In this document: positions 37,495 through 50,801 of the stretch, piece after piece
Layout of the letters: each line of letters begins with the position of its first letter
Numbering within the stretch: the first letter of the stretch is position 1
Origin: Octopus sinensis
Taxonomy: Eukaryota
Length of the DNA stretch: 64,000 nucleotides
Assembly (NCBI RefSeq): GCF_006345805.1
Contig: NC_043015.1
Span: forward strand, 14,880,001-14,944,000
Direction of reading: 5' to 3'
Made by a program: the position numbers and the translations under genes
Notes under the pieces: generated by a model
Seen by the model: only the letters and a program-made list of their open reading frames with translations
Database searches by the model: none
Told to the model about the DNA's origin: nothing

Positions 37495-39597
37495 TAATGA
37501 CTCATTACAAACAAGTACAGGTGGAGTCCCTGCTCAACCTTACCAATGCCCTATTCATGGAGCAAATTGTGCCCCAACCAACCAGGGCCAGGGCAAATAA
37601 CATATTGGATCTTTACTTCACAAACAATATGGACATTGTTCATAATATGAAAGTGATGCTGACATTAGTTTCAGATCACAACAAAATAGAGCTGTCTATG
37701 TATGTAGCAAAAGTAGTCGCAGACATACAGTCTAAAGGAAGCAGCCAAAATCTCTCCAGTTTAAACTTCCACAAAGTGGATTGGAATTCAATCCAAAAAG
37801 AGATCCTCAGACAGGATTGGCTGAAATGTCTCTCCACACATTGGCATGAAACTAGAGTATATTATGTCTGTTATGCAAGCCATGTGTTACAAATATGTCC
37901 CAGAGCACAAGGCCAACACAAAAAAGAATGAGATTCCATGGAAGTGGAAGATCCTTATGGGACAACGGACAAAGGTTGCAAATCACTTCAACCAACATCC
38001 CAAAAGTAGTGAAAGATCCTGCCTAAAAACAACACTGATGGAGATTGAAAAATGCCTGTAACAATCCTATGTGAAAGAGAGAGCAGGAAAAAAAGCCTGG
38101 GTTATATAAACATAAAGTCAAACCCAAAGCCTTCTTTCATTATGCCAAAGAAACGGCCTCAGTACGTTGCAAAATAGGACCCCTCTTCCAGAAGAATGGC
38201 TCCCTCACAGATAACCCAACCAGGATCAGTGAAGTACTGAAAGACAAGTTCAAAAGTGTTATTATTACCCTATTGGAACACAGAGAAGTGAATTAACCAG
38301 TGGATTTCCTTGCCAGGGAGGCAGTTACAATGGATTACATTGACATTGGGGAAGAAGATATAATATTACCCATAGATGAGATGGATGCAAACTCAGCTGC
38401 TGACCCTGGTGGTTTCCCAGTAATCCTCTTCAAACTGTGCAAACATGCCCTGACAAAACCACTACAGATTCTCTAGTGCTACTATAGTATGATATCTACC
38501 TTGCTATTTGCAACCTAACGTAAATGATAATGCACTCTACCAAACAACCCACTTACGGCCTTCAGCAATTAATTCTAGCCCATTAAGTTGTTCACACTAG
38601 CACCATACAGGCCAGAGACTTCTACAAAATAATCTCAAGGGAAGATGAAGTGCTGTCCTATTTGAGAGAGCACAATCTGATTAACCAGGCAGGAAAATGT
38701 ACTTCCTTGTCATAAATGTGAAACACAAACACAAGAAAAAGAAAAAAGAGGAATAGAACAGGAGAATCCCAGCCAATATTGAGATGTCTGAAAAAAGGGT
38801 GTCAAGCATATCATTCAGTTTGGGAAGGAAATCAGTTTTTCCATTATACCAATTTAAATAGGAAGATCAATAGCAGATCGAGTGTGTGTGAAATTCTATT
38901 CACAAAATCTTGATGAGTACTACAATAGCCTTTACTGGAAAGTTGCCTAATACTATTACAGACTGGTTTAATATGTGTCATAAAGTTTGTAGCATGATAA
39001 TGTCACACCAAAGTATTTCATACTACCAACAGTTGGGAGATATCATACTATAGTAGAAAATGAATGGTAAATATCATATTATAGTAGCACTGATTCTCTT
39101 CCAGAGTTTTCTTGCAAATAGCAAGCTGCCAAGGAAACTGAAGTGGGGGAATAATATGCCCAATTCATAAAGGAGGAAGTAGAGCAGATGCCAAAAATTA
39201 TAGGCCTATCTTACTGACTTCACACATCAGTAAAGTCATGGAACGAATAGTCAGAGGGAAACTAATCGCATTCCTTGAAGAAAACGACTTGCTGAGTAAT
39301 ACTCAGCATGGTTCTCGATCAAGTAGGAGCTGCCTGACACAGCTCCTACAGCACTATGACTGGGTGTTGAAGCAATTACTTTACAACTCAAATATAAATG
39401 TAATACACCTTGACTTTGCAAAAGCTTTTGATAAAGTTGATCATGGTGTGATATGCCACAAACTGCTTGATTTTGGCATAGCTGGAAAACTTGGAGAGTG
39501 GTGGCCAAGGGAAACACAAGTAGTGAGTAATGTTCCACAGAGCACTGTCTTAGTAGCATTGCTTTCCATAGTGGCCCTCTCAGATATGCCCTCAGCT
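37495..39597 (+). mobile_element. Decayed CR1-group LINE (endonuclease end to RT), interrupted by a TIR element
   Basis: EQIVPQPTRA..NNILDL; HGSRSSRSCLTQLLQHYD; IHLDFAKAFDKVDHG; the ...VPQSTVL motif. Confidence 0.8.
38475..39091. mobile_element. Non-autonomous DNA transposon with ~26-bp TIRs and 8-bp TSD (superfamily unassigned)
   Basis: TIR AGTGCTACTATA(G/A)TATGATAT(C/T)TACC. TSD GATTCTCT at 38467-38474 and 39092-39099. Removing it restores the CR1 reading context. Confidence 0.8.
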
Positions 39598-39606
39598 AAT
39601 TGGATG

Positions 39607-40246
39607 ATACTTTTGTATAAAATTCATTATACTATCCAGTAATCCAAATATAGTTCATAATACAAAATCAAATTATATTTTAAATTATATGTGTAGTTGT
39701 AAAATTATAAACACAGAAATGCTAGAACAAGTTGCATAACATATCGAATGATAGTTTTTTTTTTAAATTTGAAGTAAAACTATAAAATGGTGTTTGGTTG
39801 AAAGATAAATTAAAAATTACTGCTTTTGATGAGTGTTTTTAAATCCATATATACTTCCTTGGTTAGTCTTCTGCAATAATCCATAATATTCATATGTAAA
39901 ATCCGTTATATTGTCTTGTATTCCAAATATAGTTCATATAGTTAGTTTAGAAATGTGAAATTTGTATATACTTTAGTATGGGACTCTTGAAATTCGTATG
40001 TCTTCTTGGTAATTCCTCTGTAGCAATCCATAATACTTTTGTCTTGGTAATTCCTCTGTTGCATTAAATTTAAAAATCTAAAATTTTAATTGGCATCTTC
40101 CAATTATAAAAATAAAAATATGAAAGAAATATTTTGACCAGTTTATAATTTTACAACTACATATATAATTTAAAATATAATTTGATTTTGTATTATGAAC
40201 TATATTTGGATTACTGGATAGTATAATGAATTTTATACGAAAGTAT
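39607..40246. repeat. Foldback structure with 106-bp near-perfect inverted arms
   Basis: 39607-39712 is the reverse complement of 40141-40246, with about 2 mismatches. Confidence 0.9.
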
Positions 40247-40524
40247 TATGGATTGCTACAGAGGAATTACCAAGACAAAAGTGTTATGGATTTGAATAAT
40301 TAACCACTGATTTTGATAGAACAATTTCAACACTGGGTGCATTGTGTGGTGCCATATTTTTTCACTATAAATTTTCAGGACCTGGTTCATAAAAACCCTG
40401 AAAAGAAAAGAAAATGTCAAAAAATAAAAGAATTATCAAAAATTGCAATCCCTCAGTAACTTTTGGGCCACCCTGTATATATATATAAAATAAAACATTC
40501 TCTTCAGGTGAATTAATATATAAA

Positions 40525-40912
40525 TATTCTTTTATTTATTTCAGTCATTTGACTGTGGCCATGCTGGAGCACCGCCTTTAGTTGAGCAAATTGACCCCAG
40601 GACTTATTCTTTATAAGCCTAGTACTTATTCTATCAGTCACTTTTTGCTGAATTGCTAAGTTACGGGGACATAAACACACCAGCATCGGTTGTGAAGTTG
40701 GGGGCACAAACACAGACACACAAACATATACATATACATATATATATATAGAATAGGCTTCTTTCAGTTTCCGTCTACCAGATCTACTCACAAGGCTTTG
40801 ATCGGCCCAGAGCTATAGTAGAAGATACTTGCCCAAGGTGCCATGCAGTGAGACTGAAACTGGAACCATGTGGTTGATGATCAAGCTACTTACCCCATAG
40901 CCACTCCTGTGC
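40525..40912 (-). mobile_element. SINE family A, full length
   Basis: Same consensus. Confidence 0.85.
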
Positions 40913-40914
40913 CT

Positions 40915-41050
<136 letters not shown>

Positions 41051-41379
41051 TCTATGTAGTTAAGTCTATGTCAGCTCATAGACTGACTAATGGTCCTAGC
41101 TACATATAAACACATTACTGTTCTAGTGTGCTTCTTTTTCTGATATATATATATTTCTTTACTGCCCAGAGGGGACAAACAAGGACAGACGAAGGGATTG
41201 AGTCGATTATATCGCCCCCAGTGCGAAACTGGTACTTTATTTATCGACCCCGAAAGGATGAAAGGCAAAGTTGGCCTCGGTGGAATTTGAACTCAGAACG
41301 TAACGACAGACGAAATATCGCTAAGCATTTCGCCCGGCGCGCTAACGTGTCTGCCAATGTATATAAATAATGAAGTTAT

Positions 41380-41760
41380 ATCTGAAAATGCAATGGAAGC
41401 ACAGTCCAAGGGAGCTAACTTTAAAAGTACCTTAACTTCTTCCCTTCGTTCAGCGCACTTTAAATAAACTGACAGATTTAACAAGAACGGCTATTATAAA
41501 TCTGTGTTCGAAGGTGCGGTAAACGGCTGTTTGTGAGTCACATGTAACTTTTCAATACTTCTGACTCAAGAAAATATACGAGATGAACTCTTTCTTGAAT
41601 GTGATTAGTAATAAGTATTTTTAAGCGTTAAAATTTGTTTTGGTGATTAATCGGAGAATATATTTTAAAATTGAATTTCGATGCAGAATTTATTTTAGTT
41701 TCTTTGTTTTTACGGAGAAAACACCTCATTATGGATGAAACAGTAAGATATTAGAAAGCG
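41380..41760. promoter_or_regulatory. Possible promoter/first-exon region (CpG-retaining unique DNA)
   Basis: Non-repeat segment with many intact CpGs and TATAAAT at ~41495. + strand ATGGATGAAACA|gtaaga at 41731-41748; - strand AAG|gtactt at 41431/41430. Confidence 0.3.
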
Positions 41761-42112
41761 GATCAAAACTGGGGGAAAGTGTTTTTATTAAACGTTAATA
41801 TGTAAATAAATTCTATATACAGGCACAGGTATAGCTGTGTGATTATAAGAGAATCGCTGTGCAACCCCGTAGCTTTAGGTTCAGTCCTTGGACAAGTGTA
41901 ATCTTTAACCCCGGACCGACTAATGTCTTGTGTGTGTGTTTTCTCATTGCATCCGTAGTGGAAGCTCGTTGTATAAGAGCTAGGTTCGTTTTTACGAGCC
42001 CACGAAACATTAAGTTACATGGACTCGAATCAAATTGTTATTAAATAATCTACGTAACTCCTACAAAATGTGTTGAATGCAACTTTCTTTCGTTTGTCGA
42101 CTTACTCGTATA

Positions 42113-42144
<32 letters not shown>

Positions 42145-42917
42145 AGGTATATGGCTCAGTGATCAGAACGTCGGGGTTACAATCGCGAGGTTGTGAGTTC
42201 GATTCCCTTGTCTCATTTTTTTTCTCCTGCTTTCACATCTCAACACTTAGTATGTAGTAACGTAGCATAGGTTTTGACCACTCATTTTCTTAAACATAGC
42301 ATAACTCCAATTACAGTAAACGCACTTACGTAAAGTGGCCACCGTCCACCGTCCACTCAGTCAGTGCATGCTCTTCCACCGATTCCGGGCCCGTGTTTGG
42401 TCTCCATGCAACATAACAATTTGTGAAAAGTGTCATACACTCTGCCCTACATTTGAGAGAATCCTTTTGTTGCCAGCAGAGGAAATATCTGCCAAACCCA
42501 TTTTTCTCTGACTATCATGCACTTGAAGACCCCACTGCTATCATTAATTTGACCACCTTAGAAGGAAAAGCTGTTGACTACTTTTATGCAGCCTTTCAAA
42601 CTTTGAATATTTCCTATGTGTATGAAGACCTCCTTCTCTCTCAATCTGCCTGTGATCCCACTATGCTTCTTGTACACCTGTAGTTTAGTTTAGTCAGAAC
42701 ATATAGAATTCTTGCCAACTCATTTGCCTTCTATTAAGTATGGCCACTTCCTATATGACAACTGAGTACAGATCTCTTTCCTACTAACTAAAGCTACTAT
42801 CTAAAGCCTTTGTCATTTCTAGATTTACTTTGTAACAATATGAGGATGAGTCAGAGTTGACAAAATGAATATTAGTCAAAATCAGTGCATCATCATGTAA
42901 TCATTGTTACTTTAGAG

Positions 42918-43266
42918 CAGTAGTTCTCAACCAGGGTCCATATGACTTCTGGTGGTCCATATAAGATGGGGGTGGGGTGGGGGACACTAACGAAATAGTA
43001 AATTCTGGATCCAAAGTAGTGTTTTAAGTAACCATGTAAAGTTTTAATTTTGAATGTATGTATTGCAAGAAACAGCTATGTTTCTTTCTCTAACATTTTA
43101 CATAGCTCGAACTACAAAAGTTAATCTGTGAAAAGCAAAATAGGAACTTTGAAAGAAGTATTGATAAAACTAGCTTTTAAATATCAAATGGCTATGGGGA
43201 TTCACCAGAATAAAATAGTAATCAAAAAGTAATAGTCCATTGATGAAAAATTGTTGAGAATCACTG
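42918..43266. mobile_element. hAT-type MITE
   Basis: TIRs CAGTAGTTCTCAAC / GTTGAGAATCACTG. Confidence 0.75.
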
Positions 43267-44489
43267 CTTTTTTGAAAGACCTGCTATACTTGATGGCCTG
43301 GTGGAGTGAAAAGGGAAGAACAGAAAAAACAGAGGTTCATTTCATGATATCAATTAAGGTGTACCTTCATATATAAAGTACACCTACATGTGTAGGTCAT
43401 TTGTCTGCAGCCATGCTGAGGCACTGCCTTGAGGGATTTTAGTTGCACAAATCAACCACAGGACTTATTTTTTTAAGCCTAGTACTTATTCTATTGGTCT
43501 CTTTTGCCAAACCACTAAGTTATGGGAATGAACACTCACCAATATTGGTTGTCAAGCAATAGTGGGGAATAAACACAAAGACATACATATATAGATATAT
43601 ACATACATATGCAATGGGCTTCTTTCAGTTTCCATCAACCAAATCCACTCACAAGTCTTTGGTTACCCTGCTTTAGTAGAAGACACCCAAGGTATCTCAC
43701 AGTGGGACTGAACCCAGAACCATGTGATTGGGAAGCAAATTTCTTATCACACAGCCATGTTTGCTCCTGGTTATGAATATTGATATATTGGAGTGGTTAG
43801 CTAGTGTTAGTGTATATATTTTTGCTGGCAGATTGTCAAAATAGAATCAGTTTGAAATTATTTAGATGATAGCATCTTGTCTCCTAGACTGGCTAATAGA
43901 CATTAGCTTGCTATTTACTGAACTATTTACCAGTTCAAGTTTTGCTCATTTTCTGTCACCAACTCTTCTTGATTGCTAATGACAAATCTGATTGGACCAG
44001 TTTGTGTTGATGCTTTCACCTATGAGCTGTCTTAACAAGACAACAAGAATTCCTATATAGAAAACCATTGCTCAGATTTTTGCTGTCATTCAAAGAATTT
44101 GGATGTCATTTGTTAGATCTTTCATGATTTCAACACCAAAGTTGAAAAAGCATAGTTTGTTGTTCATTAAATTCTTCTAATTGATAAAGATATCCATGTT
44201 CAATTTGAGATAGAAATCTGTTACAACTTTGTAGTCTCTCAATTCTTGACTTGGTTTCACTGTTTGGAATGTTTCTCCAAAATCTTGACAGATGTTATAA
44301 GAGCTAGGTCATACATATATTTCCAAGGACAGTCAATCTCTTCTATTATAGTCAGTTGAACTGTTACAAACATAACGCAGATGAGAACCCAACTTTTCTG
44401 TCATATACCTTAAACTTATTGGTGGACCTCATATTGTTAATGATATTTATTTATATAGCCAGCACAACTCTAACATTTATCTGTACCTA

Positions 44490-45320
44490 ATTTTCTTAGT
44501 GATCACCACACTACAGAATATTGTACTTGTCAAAACCTTACTCCAAGTTGACAAATGCTATGTTTAATGGCTTGCTTTCTGCTAAGAACTTCTGTAGCTG
44601 TTTCACTAGGAATTGAATATTTGTGATACTTCATCCTGGCACAAACATATATTGCATCCCATCAAAGCTAATTCTGTTCCTAATTATCTTTGCTCTGACA
44701 CTTTCTGTTACTTTTATAATTTGGTCCATTAGTTTGATATTTCCTTAGTTGTAATTTTAATGCATCTTCAGTACCTCTACAGTAGTTGATAATACTGCAT
44801 CACCAGTCAGTGTGTATGATATCATGTACTCCATGGCTACCATGATCCCTACTTAGCTAAATATTTTCAGCGTCTCAATAAGTATCCCTGATCCATTTGC
44901 TTTCATTGCCTTCAATTCCTTAATCATACTCACAACCATATTGCTGCCAGCTCCAAAAAACTGGTTTCTCTGTTTGGCATATATCATATAGCTCCTCTTT
45001 TCCCATGCATTCTCTACATTTACCAATCTTTTGTAGCAACAGTTCCAAGTTTTTTCTTGATGTCAATGAGACTAAGTGTGTTGCTGTCATTCTGAATACA
45101 CTTTTCTCCAACATCTAAAATAACACAGATAGATTGCTTAGCAATCTGGAACAGCTTTGTCTAATTCTTTCCCACTAAGAGTTGTCTTTCTCTTAAACTC
45201 CTTCTCTACCAAACCACAGATTTCTAACAATTGAAGACAAATCTCAGCTGCATTCTGTCACATTAATTTATGCTTATCTCTGTCTTGAAATGCCTCAAAG
45301 ATATGGAAACTCTCTCTTCT
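44490..45320 (-). mobile_element. Old decayed RTE fragment
   Basis: Minus-strand remnants RISFDGMQYMFVPG*SITNIQFLVKQLQKFLAESKPLNIAFVNLE*GFDK correspond to RT region ~62730-62880. Confidence 0.7.
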
Positions 45321-46526
45321 CTTATGATTTATTAATTAAAAAATAAATAGATAAGAGTGTAAATTTTTCCTAATTAGGAAGTTTTAAGAATTCACTGATA
45401 ACGGAAATTAATTTTTTATTAAGAATGATTAAGCCATTAATGATTACAGGATTTATGTATTTATTTATTTATTGGATTACGTGTTTTAATCTTTACTGTT
45501 ACAGAGATTAAAATGCTTATGATTAGAATTTGATGTTTAAATATAACTAGACTTGAACCTTCATTTATAACCTACTTGTTAAAATATCACTGTTTATCTT
45601 TGAAATAATAAATTTCCAGATATGAACAGGTTACAATAAAGTTTTATTTAAATTTTGCTTTGTTCAATGGAAGAATGTTCTAGTCTTATTCTACTTTTTG
45701 AAGAAAAGGGCTGTATTTTCAGTTGGCAATTTTATTGATTGACTTATCATTACTTGATTCTAATGTCTTAACCTACATTATTTACAAAGCAGAGCCAAAT
45801 ATTAGTCCCATTGCAGACTTACAGAGTTTTCATTGACCACACAATTGTTAACAGAATTAATTCTCACAGAGTTCAGTAGAAAGGGTATTATGAATGTACA
45901 TGATGTGTACATTCATAAAAACTGTATATTATCAATTGTAAACATCTTTGAGTAATAAGAATTATATACAGTATTTAAATAGTCTTTAATTAATTAATTT
46001 TTATCAGTGATAAAGTGCAATGTTTGAACATTTTGGATCTCTTGGTTTCACACATCAGTCTAATTAATTTGGAAAATTTCTCCACAGATGTAGTTTTCAT
46101 ACTATTTTGAGAAAATCATAACTATTTTTGGAGAAATTAAGAATGAAGTAGTTATGAATCTTTAAAATCTGAATTTTTTTTAGAATTTCAGCCAATCAGA
46201 TGTAGTTGCATTGACTCAGGAACAGGGGTGCAGGAAGTTCAAGTATATTCCCTAAAATTTTTGGAGGACAGGGAAAATACTTTGAATATCCTCCTGAAAA
46301 ACTTCATCAGCAAAATGAATGAGCATAGAAACATTTTTGGAATGATTTGAAGTGATTTTATGACAAACAGACAATGCTACAAATATCGGGCTATTAAAGC
46401 CACTATTTACTGCTAGTAGGTCTTGTGGGTCTTCATCTTGGCTGTGAGTTGTTGAAAATCTGACTGATATGTTGTCAAGGCTCTAGGAATTAGCTGTCAG
46501 GTGTTGGTTTGTAAGGATTGTACATC

Positions 46527-46871
46527 ATTTTTTTAAGCCTAGTACTTATTCTATTGGTCTCTTTTGTCAAACCACTAGATTATGGGAATTAACACTCACC
46601 AATATTGGTTGTCAAGCAATAGTGGGGAATAAACACAAAGACATACATATATAGATATATACATACATATGCAATGGGCTTCTTTCAGTTTCCATCAACC
46701 AAATCCGCTCACAAGTCTTTGGTTACCCTGCTTTAGTAGAAGACACCCAAGGTATCTCACAGTGGGACTGAACCCAGAACCATGTGATTGGGAAGCAAAT
46801 TTCTTACCACACAGCCACATTTGCTCCTGTTTATGAATATTGATATATTGGAGCGGTTAGCTAGTGCTAGT
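46527..46871 (+). repeat. Local direct duplication of 43467-43811
   Basis: 345 bp, 11 substitutions counted by eye; includes non-SINE flank. Confidence 0.9.
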
Positions 46872-46874
46872 ACA

Positions 46875-48767
46875 GTGACTCACAGCAGTATGTTGTACTG
46901 AAAATTGAGATGAGTCACACAATAGTTTTCCTCAGTTTAGGATATTTTATTTCAGGAACTTGTTTCCAAAACTCAATTGTAGACTGAGATTTATGGATCA
47001 TCTTTAGACCCAGGTCCTCCTGTAATTCCATTAGTTCCATTTCCACAGCAGATGATTCCATAACCAGAGGTGCAAGAATTGAACATCCATCATTGACCAC
47101 ATCAGCCATAAATGGATTTACAAGAATGGCAAAGCATGGCTTCAGCTTCTGCAAGTCATCAAACCTGGCTAGGAAATTATCAAACAATCCTCGTAATTTA
47201 TCTTTGCATTCTTCTAGTTTGTGGGGGTTTTTTTTTCAATAACAGGGAATGTATTTACTCTCCTACTGAGATTGGGAAAGTTACTGAAGTTTCTTGACAT
47301 TATGTCTCTTTGAAAAACTCTTATTTTATTCTAAAAGTTGAAAATTGTTTCAGCAAGATTAGAAACAATCTTAATATTCCCCTGGAGTGCCAAGTTGAGA
47401 GTTTGTAGATGATTCATTGTATCAGTAAAGAACATCAGATCTTGCATCCATTCATCATCTTCCAATTCAGGACAGGATCTTTTCTTTTGTTTAAGAAAAG
47501 TAATAATAGGATCCAACAGATCAACAAACCTACTCAAGACATTGCTGGTTGACTGCCACCTCACAATGCCAGAGAAAGAGACATCACTTTTAATGCCACT
47601 AAGTCCAACATCTTTTCTTTCACAGAGGAAACATAATGAATAAATGCTGCCAGCTGTGGGTTGTCTTGTATGACTTGATTTGTCAAGAGATAAACAGAAT
47701 GCGTGAGAAATTTTAAAATCATTTTGCATTTTGTCTTCACTGATCTGAGAGATATGCCTCTCTGTATTGTGGCATGAAAAATTGGTGTTTGTTCTATGAG
47801 TTGCTGAAGTCTTGTGTTATTTGGATCTAACACTGCAACAACTTCAGCCATATTCTTCTTAACAAATTCGCCATCAGAATATGGGCGTTTAGCACAAGCA
47901 ATATTCCATGACATAACAAAACTGGCTGCAGTCGGTGTATCAACTTCCTTACTGAACGCTGTCAACAGTGTCCGCTGGCTATTTAGGATGATTTTAACAC
48001 AGTTAACTTGTTTTCCTTTAATTCTGATTTAGGTGGATAATCATGCAAAAAGTTTTTGTGATTTGTTTCATAGTGGCGTTTCAAGTTACTGGTTTTGTAA
48101 TGACTGAGTGACCCATGGCAGATAAGGTACAAAGGTTTACCTCCTTTAATGGTGAATGCAAAATCTTCCTCCCACCCTGGCTTAAAATTTCTGTTTTCAT
48201 CTTCATATTTTCGTTTCTAACAATCTGAAGAGGCCATCTTCCTTCACAAAATTTTTGCAGACACTTTTAAACAAAACTTGCGTCCAAAGTGAACCTAAGT
48301 CTGCACAGTTCAATGTCTTGTGTTACACTGCATTAATGAATATGACATGAGTGTGGTCGGGCCTAGACTCATTAAGCCACCTGTGACCACTCTCACTCTC
48401 TCAGCTCACCCAAACCTTTAATCCCCTTACCCATGACCTCAGTCTTCTGACATTCCTCTGTAACACTTGCTGACCAGAAATTTCTTTAATCCCCCTGCCT
48501 CCCACCATTCCTCACTTAGATCTAGCATTAAAATCAGGATTTATATTCTTAAATATTTTTACTAACCATGAACATTAAACTTACATTTTAATCCAATGGT
48601 GTCTCAATTCATATCCAGTAAATAATTATAAAGCTTGAAATTTTTCTTATTTATTTTTTATATTAACTGTGAGGTAAAAAGGAGCTCAGCCAACATATTT
48701 CCATGAGCTGCATATTAAAGGTCAAGGAGATGCATGTGGCTTGTAAGCTGCGGTTTGGCCACCCCTG
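46875..48767 (-). mobile_element. hAT transposon of Buster/SPIN (GTF2IRD2-like) type, decayed and internally deleted
   Basis: ATG at 48237. BED-like LICxxxLSHYKTSNLKRHYETNH; AKRPYSDGEFVKK; WMQDLMFFTD; FWKQVPEIKYPKL. TIR CAGGGGTGGCCAAAC at 48753-48767. Confidence 0.9.
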
Positions 48768-49400
48768 GCCTAAAACAACACAGCTTGCTAATACTTATCA
48801 AAAATATAAACATCATTGATAACACTGTCAGTCATTTGATTAACCTAAAGCAGAGCACTAGTTGATATCTATCGTAAAAACTGGATATCTCTGACATCAC
48901 TGCTAGTCACATGATTAATTCTAAGTCCAAACTATTTGATAATATCAGTCAATATGAGTGAATGCCATCAATAACAGTAACAACTACATAACCAATTACC
49001 TAACTCTCCACCATGGCACAAACCATGAGATCAACTAGAAGATGCCCAACACCTTTAAATATTTTAAACCAAGGATTCCAAAACTAACAAATACCTCCTC
49101 CATCTCAAAATGTTAATGAACATTTTTTGTCCCCTTAACACGAAATAATTTTTGTATTCATATAATTCTTTTGTCACCATAACTTTGTGGATACAATATA
49201 CGCAATTAAATCAAAAGTAAAATAGACACAGAAATAAAAAGAAAAAGAACAAAAAACAAACTTTGATATGCTAGTTATGTTTATTGATATGTCCATTGAT
49301 TCTGGGTCAAATGCTTATCAAGACTAAGTTACATATCAATTCCAACTGTTGATGACTTTTGTATTTCATTTTTATACTTGCTAAAGCAGAAAAGCAGAAA

Positions 49401-49834
49401 ATGATGAAAGGATGCAAGATCTGATGTTCTTTACTGATATAATGAATCATCTACAAACTCTCAATTTGGCACTCCAGGGAAATATTAAGATTATTTCTAA
49501 TCTTACTCAAACAATTTTCAACTTTTAGAATAAAATAAGAGTTTTTTAAAGAGACATATTGTCAAGAAACTTCAGTAACTTTCCCAATCTCAGTAGGAGA
49601 GTAAATACATTCCCTGTTATTGAAATAAAAAAAACCACAAACTGGAAGAATACAAAGATAAATTACGAGGATTGTTTGATAATTTCCTAGCCAGGTTTGA
49701 TGACTTGCAGAAGCTGAAGCCATGCTTTGCCATTCTTGTAAATCCATTTATGGCTGATGTGGTCAATGATGGATGTTCAATTCTTGTACCTCTGGCTATG
49801 GAATCATCTGCTGTGGAAATGGAACTAATGGAAT
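49401..49834 (+). repeat. Inverted duplication of hAT transposase segment 47025-47458
   Basis: The ORF track shows nearly identical peptides at 47112-47297(+) and 49562-49747(-). Confidence 0.9.
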
Positions 49835-49839
49835 ATGAT

Positions 49840-50330
49840 GAGCTAAATGGCAGTAGGATTTGTATTACCTTCTTTGAGCAATTTGATAAGTGTTGGAAGT
49901 TAAGAAGTAGAAACAATAATGTTTTCAAAGCGATTGCTTGAGATCAAAGTGGTTGATGCTGCAAACACATCAAATTGTTTTGCATTTATTTTTGCAATAT
50001 TAAAGCATGGTGGCAAATTAACCTAACCTTGCATGTGCAAGATTATTGGCCAACCTCTTAGAATCCATACAAGATGAAATGAGGCATTTTGAATTAAATA
50101 AGCATCAAGGACCCATCAACTTTTAAATATAATAAAAATATACATTTTCCAAATGATATTTTTCCCATTGTATGTATTATATAGTGAATATTCTGCACAT
50201 TACCAGTTACAGTAGCATCTGCTGAGAGTTCTTCAAGTAAACTAAAGCGCATCAAGAATTTCTTGAGGAGCAAGATAATACAGAAAAGACTGCATGAACC
50301 AAGCAGTTCTCAGTAATCAGAGTGATTTTG
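49840..50330 (+). mobile_element. Decayed hAT (ZMYM1-like) dimerisation-domain fragment
   Basis: PVTVASAESSSSKLKRIKNFLRS at ~50203-50272. Confidence 0.65.
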
Positions 50331-50582
50331 TAGTGAGAACTGCCTTCTAAGAAATAAAAAACATTTGCTTTAAAAAGAGCACATAAGAAGCCTGCTTCAT
50401 TTAATTATGAGAATTCTCAATCTTGTGTTACAGAACACTTTATAGGAATTCTTGACAATCTATTTATATCCTCAGCAAATTAGCAGATTAATTGAACAAA
50501 TGTTTAAGTTTTTTCTCTCTTCTGAAAATGATGTCATTGATTGATGAAAGCCTTTGTCCACAAAGGAAATGGGCTCTGATTA

Positions 50583-50801
50583 TGATGGGGGTGCTGAAAA
50601 GTTCTTGGCTTTAAGAGTATTGTGAAAGGCCAAGCTGGAGGCCCAACCATCTGAATTCTTTTACAGGACTTAGAAAAACTGAAGGACCACTGCATTAAGT
50701 TTGTGATTCTGAGAGGGGAATATGTTGGATAAAATCATAATTAACTGATCCTCCTGTATTTTCTTTTATGCAAAGCGAGGAACTTTTCAACACCTACCTC
50801 G
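50583..50801. mobile_element. Mariner-type MITE (complete copy; truncated copies at 52818-52988 and 54010-54186)
   Basis: TIR GGGTGCTGAAAAGTTC / GAACTTTTCAACACC. Confidence 0.75.

Noticed and set aside
43900-44480. Minus-strand coding-like text (EEIDCPWKYMYDLALITSVKILEKH)
   Set aside because: Multiple stops in all frames, no good splice donor and no recognisable family.
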